The position numbers were made by a program, and so were the translations under genes. Source: Pseudomonadales bacterium (GTDB lineage Bacteria > Pseudomonadota > Gammaproteobacteria > Pseudomonadales > Ketobacteraceae). From it: a stretch of DNA of 24,000 bases. Location of the stretch: the NCBI GenBank assembly GCA_020062665.1, contig JAGUVW010000061.1:22881-46880 (forward strand). Reading direction: 5' to 3'. A model generated the notes under the pieces. That model had not been told where the DNA came from. It saw nothing but the letters and a program-made list of their open reading frames with translations, and ran no database searches. Each line of letters opens with the position of its first letter. Position 1 is the stretch's first letter. Positions 1 to 8,083 of this stretch are shown piece after piece.

Positions 1-216
1 CTGGCCTGGGCCAAGGCGGTGGGCGCTGACGTCAGCAAGCTCAACGTGAATGGCGGTGCGCAGGCACTGGGTCATCCCCTGGGCGCCACCGGTGCCAAAC
101 TCATGGGCACGCTGGCGTATGAGCTGCGTCGTCGTGGCGGTCGTTACGGTCTGCTGACCATCTGCGAAGGCCTGGGCACAGCCAACGCCACCATCATCGA
201 GAACATGGATCGCTGA
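1..216 (+). CDS. Thiolase (acetyl-CoA C-acetyl/acyltransferase), C-terminal fragment; the 5' end lies outside the window
   Basis: Frame 1 is open from base 1 to TGA at 214-216. The translation [53 protein letters not shown] matches the thiolase C-terminal signatures (N-x-x-GG-x-x-ALGHP-x-GA-x-G and the C-terminal catalytic Cys-x-G-x-G). Confidence 0.85.
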   Translation: MAWAKAVGADVSKLNVNGGAQALGHPLGATGAKLMGTLAYELRRRGGRYGLLTICEGLGTANATIIENMDR

Positions 217-226
217 TCCTGGCCGG

Positions 227-256
227 GGCAGCCGGTGCGCGCCGGCTGCCTTTTTT
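227..256 (+). terminator. Rho-independent terminator downstream of the thiolase gene
   Basis: Perfect 9-bp stem GGCAGCCGG (227-235) / CCGGCTGCC (242-250) with a 6-nt loop, followed directly by TTTTTT (251-256). Confidence 0.75.
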
Positions 257-381
257 CATCCTCGCTGTGCATGCCTGCCAATCCCCGCTTTCTTCCAGTT
301 TTCAATCACCTGCGGAACCTTTGTGACTTAATCCCGTCGAAATAATTGGTTTGCTTTCTTTTTGTTTAACATTCAGCCACC

Positions 382-387
382 TATAAT
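382..387 (+). promoter_or_regulatory. Candidate -10 hexamer TATAAT just upstream of the FHA-protein ATG
   Basis: Perfect TATAAT at 382-387 preceded by a T-rich tract. No convincing -35. Only 6 nt separate it from the ATG at 394, and no Shine-Dalgarno sequence lies between them. Confidence 0.3.
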
Positions 388-393
388 CAGCCT

Positions 394-1362
394 ATGAGCT
401 ATCAAGGTGCGACCCACAATCCAATGACGGATGAAACGCTGATTCAGGAAAAATCCAGCGGCTTTTGCCTGCGCTCACTGCAGACCGGTGAGGAGTTTCC
501 CCTCGTCAACGAAATGCTGGTGGGGCGCGAGGTGGAATGCCAGATCGCCCTGAACAGCGGTCATATTTCCCGTTATCACGCCAAGATCACCCAAACGCCC
601 GCAGGTGTTGTGGTGGAAGATTTGCGTTCCACCAACGGCACGTTCATCAACGGGCGCCGCATCAGCTCACCCCAGACCCTGACAGTTGGGGATGAAGTGC
701 GTTTCCACGAGCAGGCATTCCGGCTGGTATCGAATCAGGAGCAGTCGGGTGCGGCAGATGCCACCTTGTTTCAGGGTTTCGACAGTACAGCGCGGCCTGC
801 CGCAGCCAAGCCCGCCCGTCCGGTTGCCGAGCCGGAACTGCCTGCATTGGATGAATCCTCGACCCGCATTTTGTCGGCCGATGAATTGCAGCGCCTGCAA
901 GGGAAGGGCGAGCGCGCGGTGAAGGGGCCAGACAATGGCAGCGGCCCTCGCTTTGTGGTGCTGACGGCGCCCATTCGCGGCAAGGTGTTTTCCCTGCGGT
1001 CACAGCAGCGCAATGCCTGGCTGATCGGCCGTGACGACCGCTGCCAGTTCAATCTGTTCGATAAAACCGTGTCCGGTGAACATGCCCGCGTGCGCAAGCT
1101 GGGGGATGACTGGATTCTGGAAACCTGCGAAGGCCGCAATCCCATTTACATCAACAACCGCGCAGTGGAAATCAGTACGCTGCAACACGGCGACGTGGTG
1201 CGCATGGGGCGGATGGAACTGATGTTCCGCACCGACGAAACCGCGATTCTGTCAGATCAGGATTCGCCGGAAACCCGTTTCGGCGCCTCCCGTTTCAATC
1301 TGGCGCTGGTGGTGGGCGCGCTGATCACCCTGGGCGTGGTGATCGGCATCATGCTGGTGTGA
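394..1362 (+). CDS. Tandem FHA-domain protein with a C-terminal transmembrane anchor
   Basis: There are two FHA cores: VGREVECQIALNSGHISRYHAKI...STNGTFINGRRI and IGRDDRCQFNLFDKTVSGEHARVR...NPIYINNRAV. An Ala/Pro-rich linker separates them. The C-terminal hydrophobic helix is FNLALVVGALITLGVVIGIMLV. An alternative start at ATG 424 is possible. Confidence 0.8.
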   Translation: MSYQGATHNPMTDETLIQEKSSGFCLRSLQTGEEFPLVNEMLVGREVECQIALNSGHISRYHAKITQTPAGVVVEDLRSTNGTFINGRRISSPQTLTVGDEVRFHEQAFRLVSNQEQSGAADATLFQGFDSTARPAAAKPARPVAEPELPALDESSTRILSADELQRLQGKGERAVKGPDNGSGPRFVVLTAPIRGKVFSLRSQQRNAWLIGRDDRCQFNLFDKTVSGEHARVRKLGDDWILETCEGRNPIYINNRAVEISTLQHGDVVRMGRMELMFRTDETAILSDQDSPETRFGASRFNLALVVGALITLGVVIGIMLV

Positions 1363-1382
1363 GGGTGGTTGTTACACCACCC
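1363..1382. terminator. Short hairpin spanning the convergent stop codons of the FHA gene and rdgC
   Basis: GGGTGGT (1363-1369) / ACCACCC (1376-1382) with a 6-nt loop that contains the rdgC stop codon. There is no U-tract on either side, so terminator function is uncertain. Confidence 0.3.
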
Positions 1383-2289
1383 GTCCGCGTTCCAGACCAC
1401 CAAATACCTTGAACAGATCCTTGCACAGGTGATTCAGCTCGATCGCCATGACGCTGAAGTCCTGGTCGAATTGCTGTTCCTTTGATTCCGCTTCGGTCTC
1501 GTTGGCCTGCTGCAGCAGTTCATCTTCGAATTTCAGCCGCTTCAGTGACAGATCCTCGTTGATGACACAACGGATCGACTCTTTCCACACCACCGCCAGT
1601 TTGTTGCAGCGCTTGCCGGCATCCAGCAGTCGCTGGATTTCATCACCGTCCAGATCCTGACCCTTGCAGCGGATCACATTGGCGGTGTCGAGGGGATTGC
1701 CCAGTTCGCAATCGCGATCGAGGGAGAAAGGCTCCTCGGCGTGCTGCTCCTTCAGCCAGTGCGTCATCACGTCTGCCGGAACCATCTTGCTCACCGGCGG
1801 AATCACTGGCAGCCCGTTGAGGGTTTCCCGCAGATAGCTGAGGAATTCCTCGGCCTTGCTGGCGCTGGCGGTGTCCAGCAGCAGGAGTTTTTCTTTCGGC
1901 GCGAAGTAGGCGAACAGGCGACGGTTGCGGGTGAAAGCGCGGGGCAGCAGTTCCAGCAGTACTTCGTCCTTGATCTGATCTTTTTCCTTGCGGTAAACCT
2001 TGCGGGCATCGCGCTGCTCGATGATGTCGATTTTTTCCTGCATCGCATCCCTGATCACCGAGGACGGCACGATTTTATCCTGGCGCTGGGCGCAGATGAT
2101 GATGTTGCCGTTGCTGACGTGGGTGAAGGTGTCGTGGCCATCGCCTAACGGGCTCACCCAGCCATATTGGGACAGATCCTGACGCCCGCAGGGTTGAAAT
2201 GCGCGCTCGGCCAGGGCCGGCTCCAGTTCTTCGGCGGTCCATTCAAAGGGCTGGGAAAATCGGTAAATTCGGAGATTCTTGAACCACAT
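1372..2289 (-). CDS. rdgC: Recombination-associated protein RdgC
   Basis: The supplied ORF (1372..2361) contains an internal Met that opens with MWFKNLRIYRF, the characteristic RdgC N-terminus. The resulting length is about 305 aa, as expected for RdgC. ATG confirmed at 2287-2289 (cat on the + strand). Confidence 0.9.
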   Translation of the reverse strand: MWFKNLRIYRFSQPFEWTAEELEPALAERAFQPCGRQDLSQYGWVSPLGDGHDTFTHVSNGNIIICAQRQDKIVPSSVIRDAMQEKIDIIEQRDARKVYRKEKDQIKDEVLLELLPRAFTRNRRLFAYFAPKEKLLLLDTASASKAEEFLSYLRETLNGLPVIPPVSKMVPADVMTHWLKEQHAEEPFSLDRDCELGNPLDTANVIRCKGQDLDGDEIQRLLDAGKRCNKLAVVWKESIRCVINEDLSLKRLKFEDELLQQANETEAESKEQQFDQDFSVMAIELNHLCKDLFKVFGGLERGRVV

Positions 2290-2335
2290 ACTGCATTCCT
2301 CAAAACGGCCCCGGATTATGAGACAATGACGCCCA

Positions 2336-2384
2336 CCTGCCAAGGGACTCTCAAACGCCAAGGTGCTTTCGAGCCTGCCAAGGG
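2336..2384. repeat. Direct repeats in the rdgC/hydrolase divergent intergenic region
   Basis: The 11-mer CCTGCCAAGGG occurs at 2336-2346 and again at 2374-2384. The core GCCAAGG also occurs at 2357-2363, giving three copies with starts spaced 18 and 20 nt apart. Confidence 0.6.
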
Positions 2385-2407
2385 GCTGTCAACCGTGAAT
2401 TGCAACT

Positions 2408-3037
2408 GTGAACTTGCCCGTCGTGAATCTGCTTTTTGATACGCCACGAAATCCGCTTGCCGATGTGACAGTGGTGCTGGCCCATGGCGCCGGTGCGGGG
2501 ATGGACAGTGATTTCATGACGGCGATGGCGCAGGGGCTGTGTGCGCAGGGCATTGCAGTGGTGCGGTTTGAATTTCCCTATATGGCGCAGCGGCGCGAAG
2601 GTGGCAGCAAGCGTCCGCCGGACAAGATGCCGGTGCTGGAAGAAACGTTTTCAACACTGCTGCTGCAGTTTGGGCCGCGTTGCGTGGCGGCGGGAAAATC
2701 CATGGGTGGGCGGGTGGCGTCGCATCTGCTGGCCCGGCAGGCATGTCTGGGGGCGATTTCGTTGGGCTATCCATTTCATCCACCGGGCAAGACCGATCAG
2801 TTGCGCAGTGTTCATTGGCTCCAGATCCAGCGGCCGTGGCTGATCCTGCAGGGCAGCCGCGATCCGTTCGGCACGTTCGAGGAAGTCAGTGGCTATGCGC
2901 TGCCGTCGTCGGTTCGGGTGCAGTGGCTGGCGGATGGCGATCATGATTTCAAGCCGCGCAAGGCGTCGGGATTTTCCCAGTCGGCGCATTGGCAGTCGGC
3001 GGTGTTGGCCATGGCTGAATTTGTGAAGGAGTTATAG
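2408..3037 (+). CDS. Alpha/beta-fold hydrolase (COG3571 / KANL3-Tex30-like family)
   Basis: VVLAHGAGAGMDSDFM near the N-terminus, nucleophile elbow GKSMGGR, a C-terminal DGDHDF motif, and 209 aa, which is typical for this small hydrolase family. GTG start with no clear SD, so the exact start is uncertain. Confidence 0.75.
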   Translation: MNLPVVNLLFDTPRNPLADVTVVLAHGAGAGMDSDFMTAMAQGLCAQGIAVVRFEFPYMAQRREGGSKRPPDKMPVLEETFSTLLLQFGPRCVAAGKSMGGRVASHLLARQACLGAISLGYPFHPPGKTDQLRSVHWLQIQRPWLILQGSRDPFGTFEEVSGYALPSSVRVQWLADGDHDFKPRKASGFSQSAHWQSAVLAMAEFVKEL

Positions 3038-3039
3038 GC

Positions 3040-3495
3040 ATGCGTTTCATTCATCTGGTTTTGCTGTTGTTGCTGTCTGTGCTGGCCGGTTGCGAGGAGT
3101 GGAAAATCACACCGGTGTCACTGGAGGGAACGCCGCTGGTGGGCAACTGGTATGGCGAGCAGCAGGAAACGACAGGCGACAGAACAATTCACGATCGTCT
3201 GTTCGTGCAGGTGCGCGAGTCGGGCGAGGTGGACTATCACTTTCTCGGTTGTGAACGTGGCGGTGGTTCGACCAAGACTGAAAAGCGGCTGAACCTGCAG
3301 CAGATGCCGATCAAGCGCCTTACCACGGTGAAAATGGTGTTGCAACGCTATCCGCTGACGCCATCGTTCGAGCTGACACTGGGCGCCTGGCCCGATCAGG
3401 TCGAAGGTGCCTGGGTAGTGGATGGAATTGCGCTGTTGCCGGTGGAGGGCGCCGTGCTGCCGGAACCGGACAGTTGGCAATGTGAGGACTCCTGA
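3040..3495 (+). CDS. Hypothetical lipoprotein
   Basis: Signal peptide with lipobox MRFIHLVLLLLLSVLAGC. The start lies 2 nt after the hydrolase stop, implying co-transcription. I recognise no family. Confidence 0.65.
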   Translation: MRFIHLVLLLLLSVLAGCEEWKITPVSLEGTPLVGNWYGEQQETTGDRTIHDRLFVQVRESGEVDYHFLGCERGGGSTKTEKRLNLQQMPIKRLTTVKMVLQRYPLTPSFELTLGAWPDQVEGAWVVDGIALLPVEGAVLPEPDSWQCEDS

Positions 3496-3505
3496 TTGCA
3501 GTCTG

Positions 3506-4303
3506 TCACTTCAGGATGAAATCATTCACCAGAAAGATGATGATCTCCACCGCGATCAGCCAGATGATGATCCATTCCAGCGTGGCGGAGTGTTTGTGTT
3601 TGCGCTCGTCCGCCAGCATTTCAAACAGTTCGTGCACGGTGGTGAGCCGGGTGGACAGCAGTTGGGTGCGGTTGCGGATTTCCAGGTAATTTGCCATCTG
3701 CTGGTAGACCGGTTCCAGTTCCGGGTATTCCCAGAAAAATTCCGGCGTATCGAGCAGATCATAGCGCACGATGATGTCGCTTTTGGTAAGGAACAGGCGG
3801 CCGCGGATTTTGGCCAGTTCATAGCGGCTCAGTTGGGTGCGGCCGGTTTCCGCCAGCGCGCGGGGAATGTGTGCGGTGGATTGCATGGTGCGCGACACCA
3901 GGGTTTCGAACGTGGACAGTTTCACCGACTGCGCCAGCGCATGTGACACCGCCAGCAGATGCAGGGGCGAGGTCTCGCTCAGAAAAATATGGTCGCGCTG
4001 AATCCGGGTGGGTTCTGTCTGCATGGAATAGTTGAAGCGTTCGGATTCCACTTCGGCATAGGGAATGTCGGCGTAGCGCAGCAGGCGTTTGATGAGACCC
4101 TCGCGCTCTGCCACGCTCCATTGCCAGGTGATGACGACACCGTACGAAAACACGAATGCTGAGCGTCCATCCCGATCCACGTGCAGGGAATCGCGATAGA
4201 CGGTGGCCCTTTCATCCTGCATCAGATCCCGCGCCAGTTCCTGAAAACGGAAGTTTTCGGCCAGGGCAACGGCAAAGCATTCAGTGGTTACGTCGGTGTT
4301 CAT
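3506..4303 (-). CDS. RMD1/DUF155 (YagE-type) family protein with a C-terminal TM helix
   Basis: The C-terminal half (LTKSDIIVRYDLLDTPEFFWEYPELEPVYQQMANYLEIRNR...LEWIIIWLIAVEIIIFLV) has the pattern I associate with DUF155/RMD1. Its ATG overlaps the upstream stop in an ATGA junction (4300-4303). Confidence 0.7.
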   Translation of the reverse strand: MNTDVTTECFAVALAENFRFQELARDLMQDERATVYRDSLHVDRDGRSAFVFSYGVVITWQWSVAEREGLIKRLLRYADIPYAEVESERFNYSMQTEPTRIQRDHIFLSETSPLHLLAVSHALAQSVKLSTFETLVSRTMQSTAHIPRALAETGRTQLSRYELAKIRGRLFLTKSDIIVRYDLLDTPEFFWEYPELEPVYQQMANYLEIRNRTQLLSTRLTTVHELFEMLADERKHKHSATLEWIIIWLIAVEIIIFLVNDFILK

Positions 4304-5187
4304 CGGGGATCACCTGTCAATTCATGCAGCGCCTCCACCAGTACGCCAGTGAGATCGACGGCATTGGTACTGTGTGGAATGCTGTCGGTGCTCCAGATAG
4401 GATCGATGCCGGCGCTGCGCATGTCGTCGAGGGCGCCAGGCGCAAACAGGGCGTGGGTGCAGATGGCGCTGACGCCGCTGGCACCTGCTTCTTTCAATAC
4501 CTGTGCGGTTTCGATCATGGTTTTGCCGGAACTGATCACGTCGTCCACCAGAATCGCCTGTTTGCCGCGCACGTTCACATCGGGCAGAGTGACTTTCACA
4601 TCGCGGTCGCCGAAACGTTGTTTGCTTGCGACGAGGCATTGCAGCCCGGCCTGTTGCGCCACCTGTTCCACCCACTGGGCAGACTCTGCGTCGGGCCCCA
4701 CCAACAGGCCCTGGATGTTGCGCTGGCGGATGAAATCACCCAGTGCGATGGAAGCCGTGGCCGCCACGCTGTTGCAGTAGGGCAGCGCTACATTCAGGTG
4801 GGTGATGCGGTGCAGGTGAGGATCGATAGTGATCAGATCGTCCACCCATTCCGACAGCAGTTCGCCGATGATGCGCTGGCTGATGGCCTGCCCCGGTTTG
4901 AAGGCGATGTCCTGGCGCATGTAGCAAAGGTAGGGCGCAATCAGCATGACGCGCTTGCAGCCGTTGCTGCGGGCGCTTTCGATGGCCAGCAGCAGTTCCA
5001 CCAGTTTGGCGTTGGGATCGTGCAGGCTGCGGAAGAAGATGACGCTCTTGGCGATTCTGGTGGGCAGTGTCACCAGACTTTCGCCATCGGGAAAGCGATG
5101 AATATCGATGACACCGAATTCGCCGCCGATGGTGTCGGCCAGTTTGCGCGCCGGTTCAATGGATTCCGGAAATGCCAGTACTTGCAT
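4300..5187 (-). CDS. Ribose-phosphate pyrophosphokinase-like protein (divergent Prs / phosphoribosyltransferase fold)
   Basis: Prs-like architecture: N-terminal FPDGE, APYLCYMRQD where Prs has the PY-x-x-YARQDR loop, and the PRPP-binding loop ILVDDVISSGKT. Length is 295 aa. Its ATG lies 3 nt after the upstream stop. Confidence 0.8.
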   Translation of the reverse strand: MQVLAFPESIEPARKLADTIGGEFGVIDIHRFPDGESLVTLPTRIAKSVIFFRSLHDPNAKLVELLLAIESARSNGCKRVMLIAPYLCYMRQDIAFKPGQAISQRIIGELLSEWVDDLITIDPHLHRITHLNVALPYCNSVAATASIALGDFIRQRNIQGLLVGPDAESAQWVEQVAQQAGLQCLVASKQRFGDRDVKVTLPDVNVRGKQAILVDDVISSGKTMIETAQVLKEAGASGVSAICTHALFAPGALDDMRSAGIDPIWSTDSIPHSTNAVDLTGVLVEALHELTGDPR

Positions 5188-5190
5188 GAT

Positions 5191-6726
5191 TCACCCCATC
5201 CATGAAATCAGATCGTTGGCATTGCGGCTGATGCGATAGCCGCAATGACCCTGCGCGAAGCGTGTGGCGAACTCGAAGTCGGCAGGAAACTGGGCATGTA
5301 TGCGGTACAGCGGTTCGCCGGCTTGCACCTGATCACCGAGTTTCTTCACCAGTTTTACGCCTGCGCCCTTGTCCATCGGCGCGCCAGCCAGACGGGCGAT
5401 GCGGGCCAGAATGAGGTTGTCGATTTCCACCACGGTGCCGGATTCGGCGGCGGGAATATCGAGCACCAGTTGGCCCAGCGGGAAGGTCTGGGTCTGCCTG
5501 CCCTGGGCGTCGATGATCTGATTCATTTTCGCCAGTGCGCGGCCGGAATCGAGGATGTTGCGGGCGATGTCGTAGCCCTGGCCGCCGCGCACGTCGGCAT
5601 CGAATTCGATCAGGCGGCCTGCCAGCTGCAGGGATTTTTCCCGCAGGTCATGGGGTGCGTCGGGATCGTTCTGCAGCACCGCCATTACGTCCTGGCATTC
5701 CAGCACGGGGCCGATGCCGCGACCGATGGGCTGGCGGCCATCGGTGATCACCACTTCCGTCACCAGGCCAATACGATCGCCCACGTATTCGAACAGTTTG
5801 CGCAGCTGCATGGCTTCCTTCAGCGTGCGCACTTTGGCTTTCGGCCCGGCAGGAATGTCGATCAGCAGATGGGTGGAGCCGCAGGCGCGTTTCTTCGACA
5901 GAATCGATGCCACCATCTGCGCCTGTGAATCGATGGCCAGCGGGCGTTCCACGGAAATCAGAATGTCGTCGGCGGGCGCCAGTTTTGCCGTGCCGCCCCA
6001 GGCCAGACAGCCGCGCTGTTCCCGCACGATCTGGTCGAGCCGATCTACTGGCAGATCCACATTGGCCAGCACTTCCATGGTGTCGGCGGTGCCGGCGGGG
6101 GATGTGATGGCGCGGCTCGATGTCTTGGGACACAGTAAACCAAATGCGGCGACGATGGGCACTACCAGCATCGAGGTGCGATTGCCCGGAATGCCGCCGA
6201 TGCAGTGCTTGTCCACCACGATATTTTCCTTCCAGTCCAGCTGCTGGCCGGACTGCACCATGGCGCGGGTCAGATAGAGAATTTCATCGCGATCCAGCCC
6301 CGCTTCCGACACCGCCACGATGAAGGCCGCAATCTCGGTTTTCGAGTAGCGGTTGCCGGCGATGTCGAGAATGATTTCGCTGAGCTTTTCCTGGCTCAGC
6401 CGGGTGCCGCCCAGTTTCTGCCGCACGTATTCCATGGAGTGGGGTGGCTCGGCGTGATTCACCCGCACTTGCGTACCCGCCGGCAGATCCAGATGGGTGA
6501 AGGCCTGCTCCGACAGCCCGAGTTCATGGGGTGCGACAATGCAGTCGTCGTCCACCACATTCAGCACGGCGAGGATCTTGCGGCCATCCTGCTGGATTTC
6601 GATTTTGCTGAGCGCCTGAAAGCCCTCGGCCTTGTACAGCGGGCAGTCCCGGTGCAGGTAGGCAACGTTCTCGTGATAGGTGTCGATGGCAACCCGTTTC
6701 AGGTGCAGTGTGGCGATGTCGTTCAT
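5191..6726 (-). CDS. Thymidine phosphorylase family protein, long form (AMP-phosphorylase-like)
   Basis: Glycosyl-transferase family 3 core ([31 protein letters not shown]) and a pyrimidine-nucleoside-phosphorylase C-terminal domain ([25 protein letters not shown]). At 511 aa it has an extra N-terminal segment relative to DeoA of about 440 aa. Confidence 0.85.
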   Translation of the reverse strand: MNDIATLHLKRVAIDTYHENVAYLHRDCPLYKAEGFQALSKIEIQQDGRKILAVLNVVDDDCIVAPHELGLSEQAFTHLDLPAGTQVRVNHAEPPHSMEYVRQKLGGTRLSQEKLSEIILDIAGNRYSKTEIAAFIVAVSEAGLDRDEILYLTRAMVQSGQQLDWKENIVVDKHCIGGIPGNRTSMLVVPIVAAFGLLCPKTSSRAITSPAGTADTMEVLANVDLPVDRLDQIVREQRGCLAWGGTAKLAPADDILISVERPLAIDSQAQMVASILSKKRACGSTHLLIDIPAGPKAKVRTLKEAMQLRKLFEYVGDRIGLVTEVVITDGRQPIGRGIGPVLECQDVMAVLQNDPDAPHDLREKSLQLAGRLIEFDADVRGGQGYDIARNILDSGRALAKMNQIIDAQGRQTQTFPLGQLVLDIPAAESGTVVEIDNLILARIARLAGAPMDKGAGVKLVKKLGDQVQAGEPLYRIHAQFPADFEFATRFAQGHCGYRISRNANDLISWMG

Positions 6727-6764
6727 GAGGTAAGTGTAGGCCGTGTTAGGGAAAAACTCGCGGG

Positions 6765-6770
6765 ATTATA
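6765..6770 (-). promoter_or_regulatory. Candidate -10 (TATAAT on the minus strand) for the phosphorylase operon
   Basis: The plus strand reads attata at 6765-6770, which is TATAAT on the minus strand, about 38 nt upstream of the ATG at 6726. The -35 is poor. Confidence 0.3.
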
Positions 6771-6838
6771 AGCATTTAAGTCGGATCGGGTGCGACGCAT
6801 ATCAAGATTGGTGGCGACGATGCTGCCGCTGTGGCCAC

Positions 6839-6867
6839 TTGCCGGCACTCTGGCAAGCGCATAGACT
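6839..6867 (+). promoter_or_regulatory. Candidate sigma70 promoter of the radical SAM gene
   Basis: TTGCCG (6839-6844), 17-nt spacer, TAGACT (6862-6867). The -10 overlaps the LexA box listed next. Confidence 0.4.
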
Positions 6868-6881
6868 GTATAAATATACAG
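6866..6881. promoter_or_regulatory. LexA (SOS) box
   Basis: CTGTATAAATATACAG matches the gammaproteobacterial CTGT-N8-ACAG consensus with an AT-only spacer. It lies 24 nt upstream of the ATG at 6905 and overlaps the predicted -10 and transcription start. Confidence 0.8.
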
Positions 6882-6904
6882 TTTTCTGGAAGGGCATTCA
6901 CGGT

Positions 6905-7951
6905 ATGAAAGGGCGCGGTGCCATCAGCAATATTGCGGGGCGGTTCGAGCAGCGGATTTCCCTGCGGGAAGCGGAGTTTCTCCCCACGCAGGTGGAAACG
7001 CAGTATCTGGTGGAGCACGCCAAATCCCTGATCACCCGCAACCAGTCGCCGGACGTGCCGTTCCAGTATTCCATCAATCCCTATCGCGGTTGCGAGCATG
7101 GCTGCATTTACTGTTTTGCGCGGCCCAATCATGCCTATGTGGATCTTTCCCCCGGCCTGGATTTCGAAACCAGAATCTTTGTGAAGGAAAACGCTGCGGA
7201 AGCGTTGCGGCGGGATCTGGCCCGGCCGTCCTACCAGCCGTCGCCCATCTGCATTGGCACGGCCACCGATCCGTATCAGCCCATCGAGGCGCGCAGGCGC
7301 ATTACCCGGCAAATAATCGAGGTGCTGCGGGAATGCCGTCATCCGTTCAGCCTGATTACCAAGAGCCATCTGGTGTGCGATGACATCGATCTGCTGGCAG
7401 AGATGGCGCAGCAGAATCTGGTGCGGGTGATGGTGAGCCTGACGACGCTGGATAACCAGACCAAACGCTGGCTGGAGCCGCGCACGGCGTCGGGCGAGGC
7501 GCGGGTGCGCACCATCGCGCGGCTGACGCAGGCGGGTATTCCGGTGGGCGTGCTGGTGGCGCCGCTGATTCCCTGGATCAACGATCACGAAACCGAAACG
7601 CTGCTGCAGCGCGCTGCAGAGGCCGGTGCCGAATCCGCTGCATTTATTCTGCTACGGTTGCCGCGCGAGGTGGAACCGCTGTTTGTGGAATGGTTGCGTA
7701 CGCATTATCCCGAACGTGCGGACAAGGTGCTCAACACGCTGCGGTCGGCGCGGCAGGGGCAGCTCAACGATCCGCGCTTTGGTTCGCGCATGCGGGGCGA
7801 AGGGGAATTCGCTGACCTGTTCAGCCAGCGTTTTCGTCTGGCGTGTCGCAAGGCGGGTATTGTTGATGGCAGACGCAGCGGGTTGACCACCGAATTGTTC
7901 ATTCGTCCCCTGATAAACAAGCACGTTGACCATCAATTGACGCTGTTCTAG
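6905..7951 (+). CDS. PA0069-family radical SAM protein (SplB/COG1533-like)
   Basis: N-terminus MKGRGAISNIAGRFE, typical of this family, and the radical-SAM cluster motif CEHGCIYC. Length is about 348 aa. GGAAGGG lies about 10 nt upstream of ATG 6905. The supplied longer ORF (from 6743) would read through the promoter and LexA box. Confidence 0.85.
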   Translation: MKGRGAISNIAGRFEQRISLREAEFLPTQVETQYLVEHAKSLITRNQSPDVPFQYSINPYRGCEHGCIYCFARPNHAYVDLSPGLDFETRIFVKENAAEALRRDLARPSYQPSPICIGTATDPYQPIEARRRITRQIIEVLRECRHPFSLITKSHLVCDDIDLLAEMAQQNLVRVMVSLTTLDNQTKRWLEPRTASGEARVRTIARLTQAGIPVGVLVAPLIPWINDHETETLLQRAAEAGAESAAFILLRLPREVEPLFVEWLRTHYPERADKVLNTLRSARQGQLNDPRFGSRMRGEGEFADLFSQRFRLACRKAGIVDGRRSGLTTELFIRPLINKHVDHQLTLF

Positions 7952-8083
7952 ACGACCTGCCTGATGTGACTGCATAGTACTAAAAATGATCAAAATATCC
8001 TTGTTTCATAACTATTGCTTCTGTATATTGCCGCCCGTTTGTTCAGATCCGGTTTGATCGGATGTAGTCGGCAGGATGTTTTC

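Noticed and set aside
2290-2361. A 24-codon N-terminal extension of rdgC in the supplied ORF.
   Set aside because: The internal Met opens with the conserved RdgC N-terminus MWFKNLRIYRF and gives the expected length. The extension has no homology signal.
3491-3515. A possible hairpin CCTGA...TCAGG between the convergent lipoprotein and DUF155 genes.
   Set aside because: The stem is only 5 bp with a 15-nt loop and no U-tract. That is too weak to call a terminator.
4156-5205. Long ORFs antisense to well-supported genes. Examples: 4156..5205 (+), 5245..5928 (+), 6776..7588 (-), 10807..11640 (-), 13420..14211 (-), 13898..14689 (-), 15913..17175 (+), 17780..18625 (+), 19159..20301 (+).
   Set aside because: Their translations are low-complexity and rich in Arg, Ala, Gly and His, with no recognisable motifs. 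Each lies opposite a gene with clear family signatures. This is the usual shadow-ORF artefact of high-GC DNA.
6743-6904. A 54-codon N-terminal extension of the radical SAM ORF.
   Set aside because: It would translate through the LexA box and promoter, and it is Cys/Trp/Arg-rich nonsense. The family N-terminus MKGRGAISNIAGRFE begins at ATG 6905, which has an SD.
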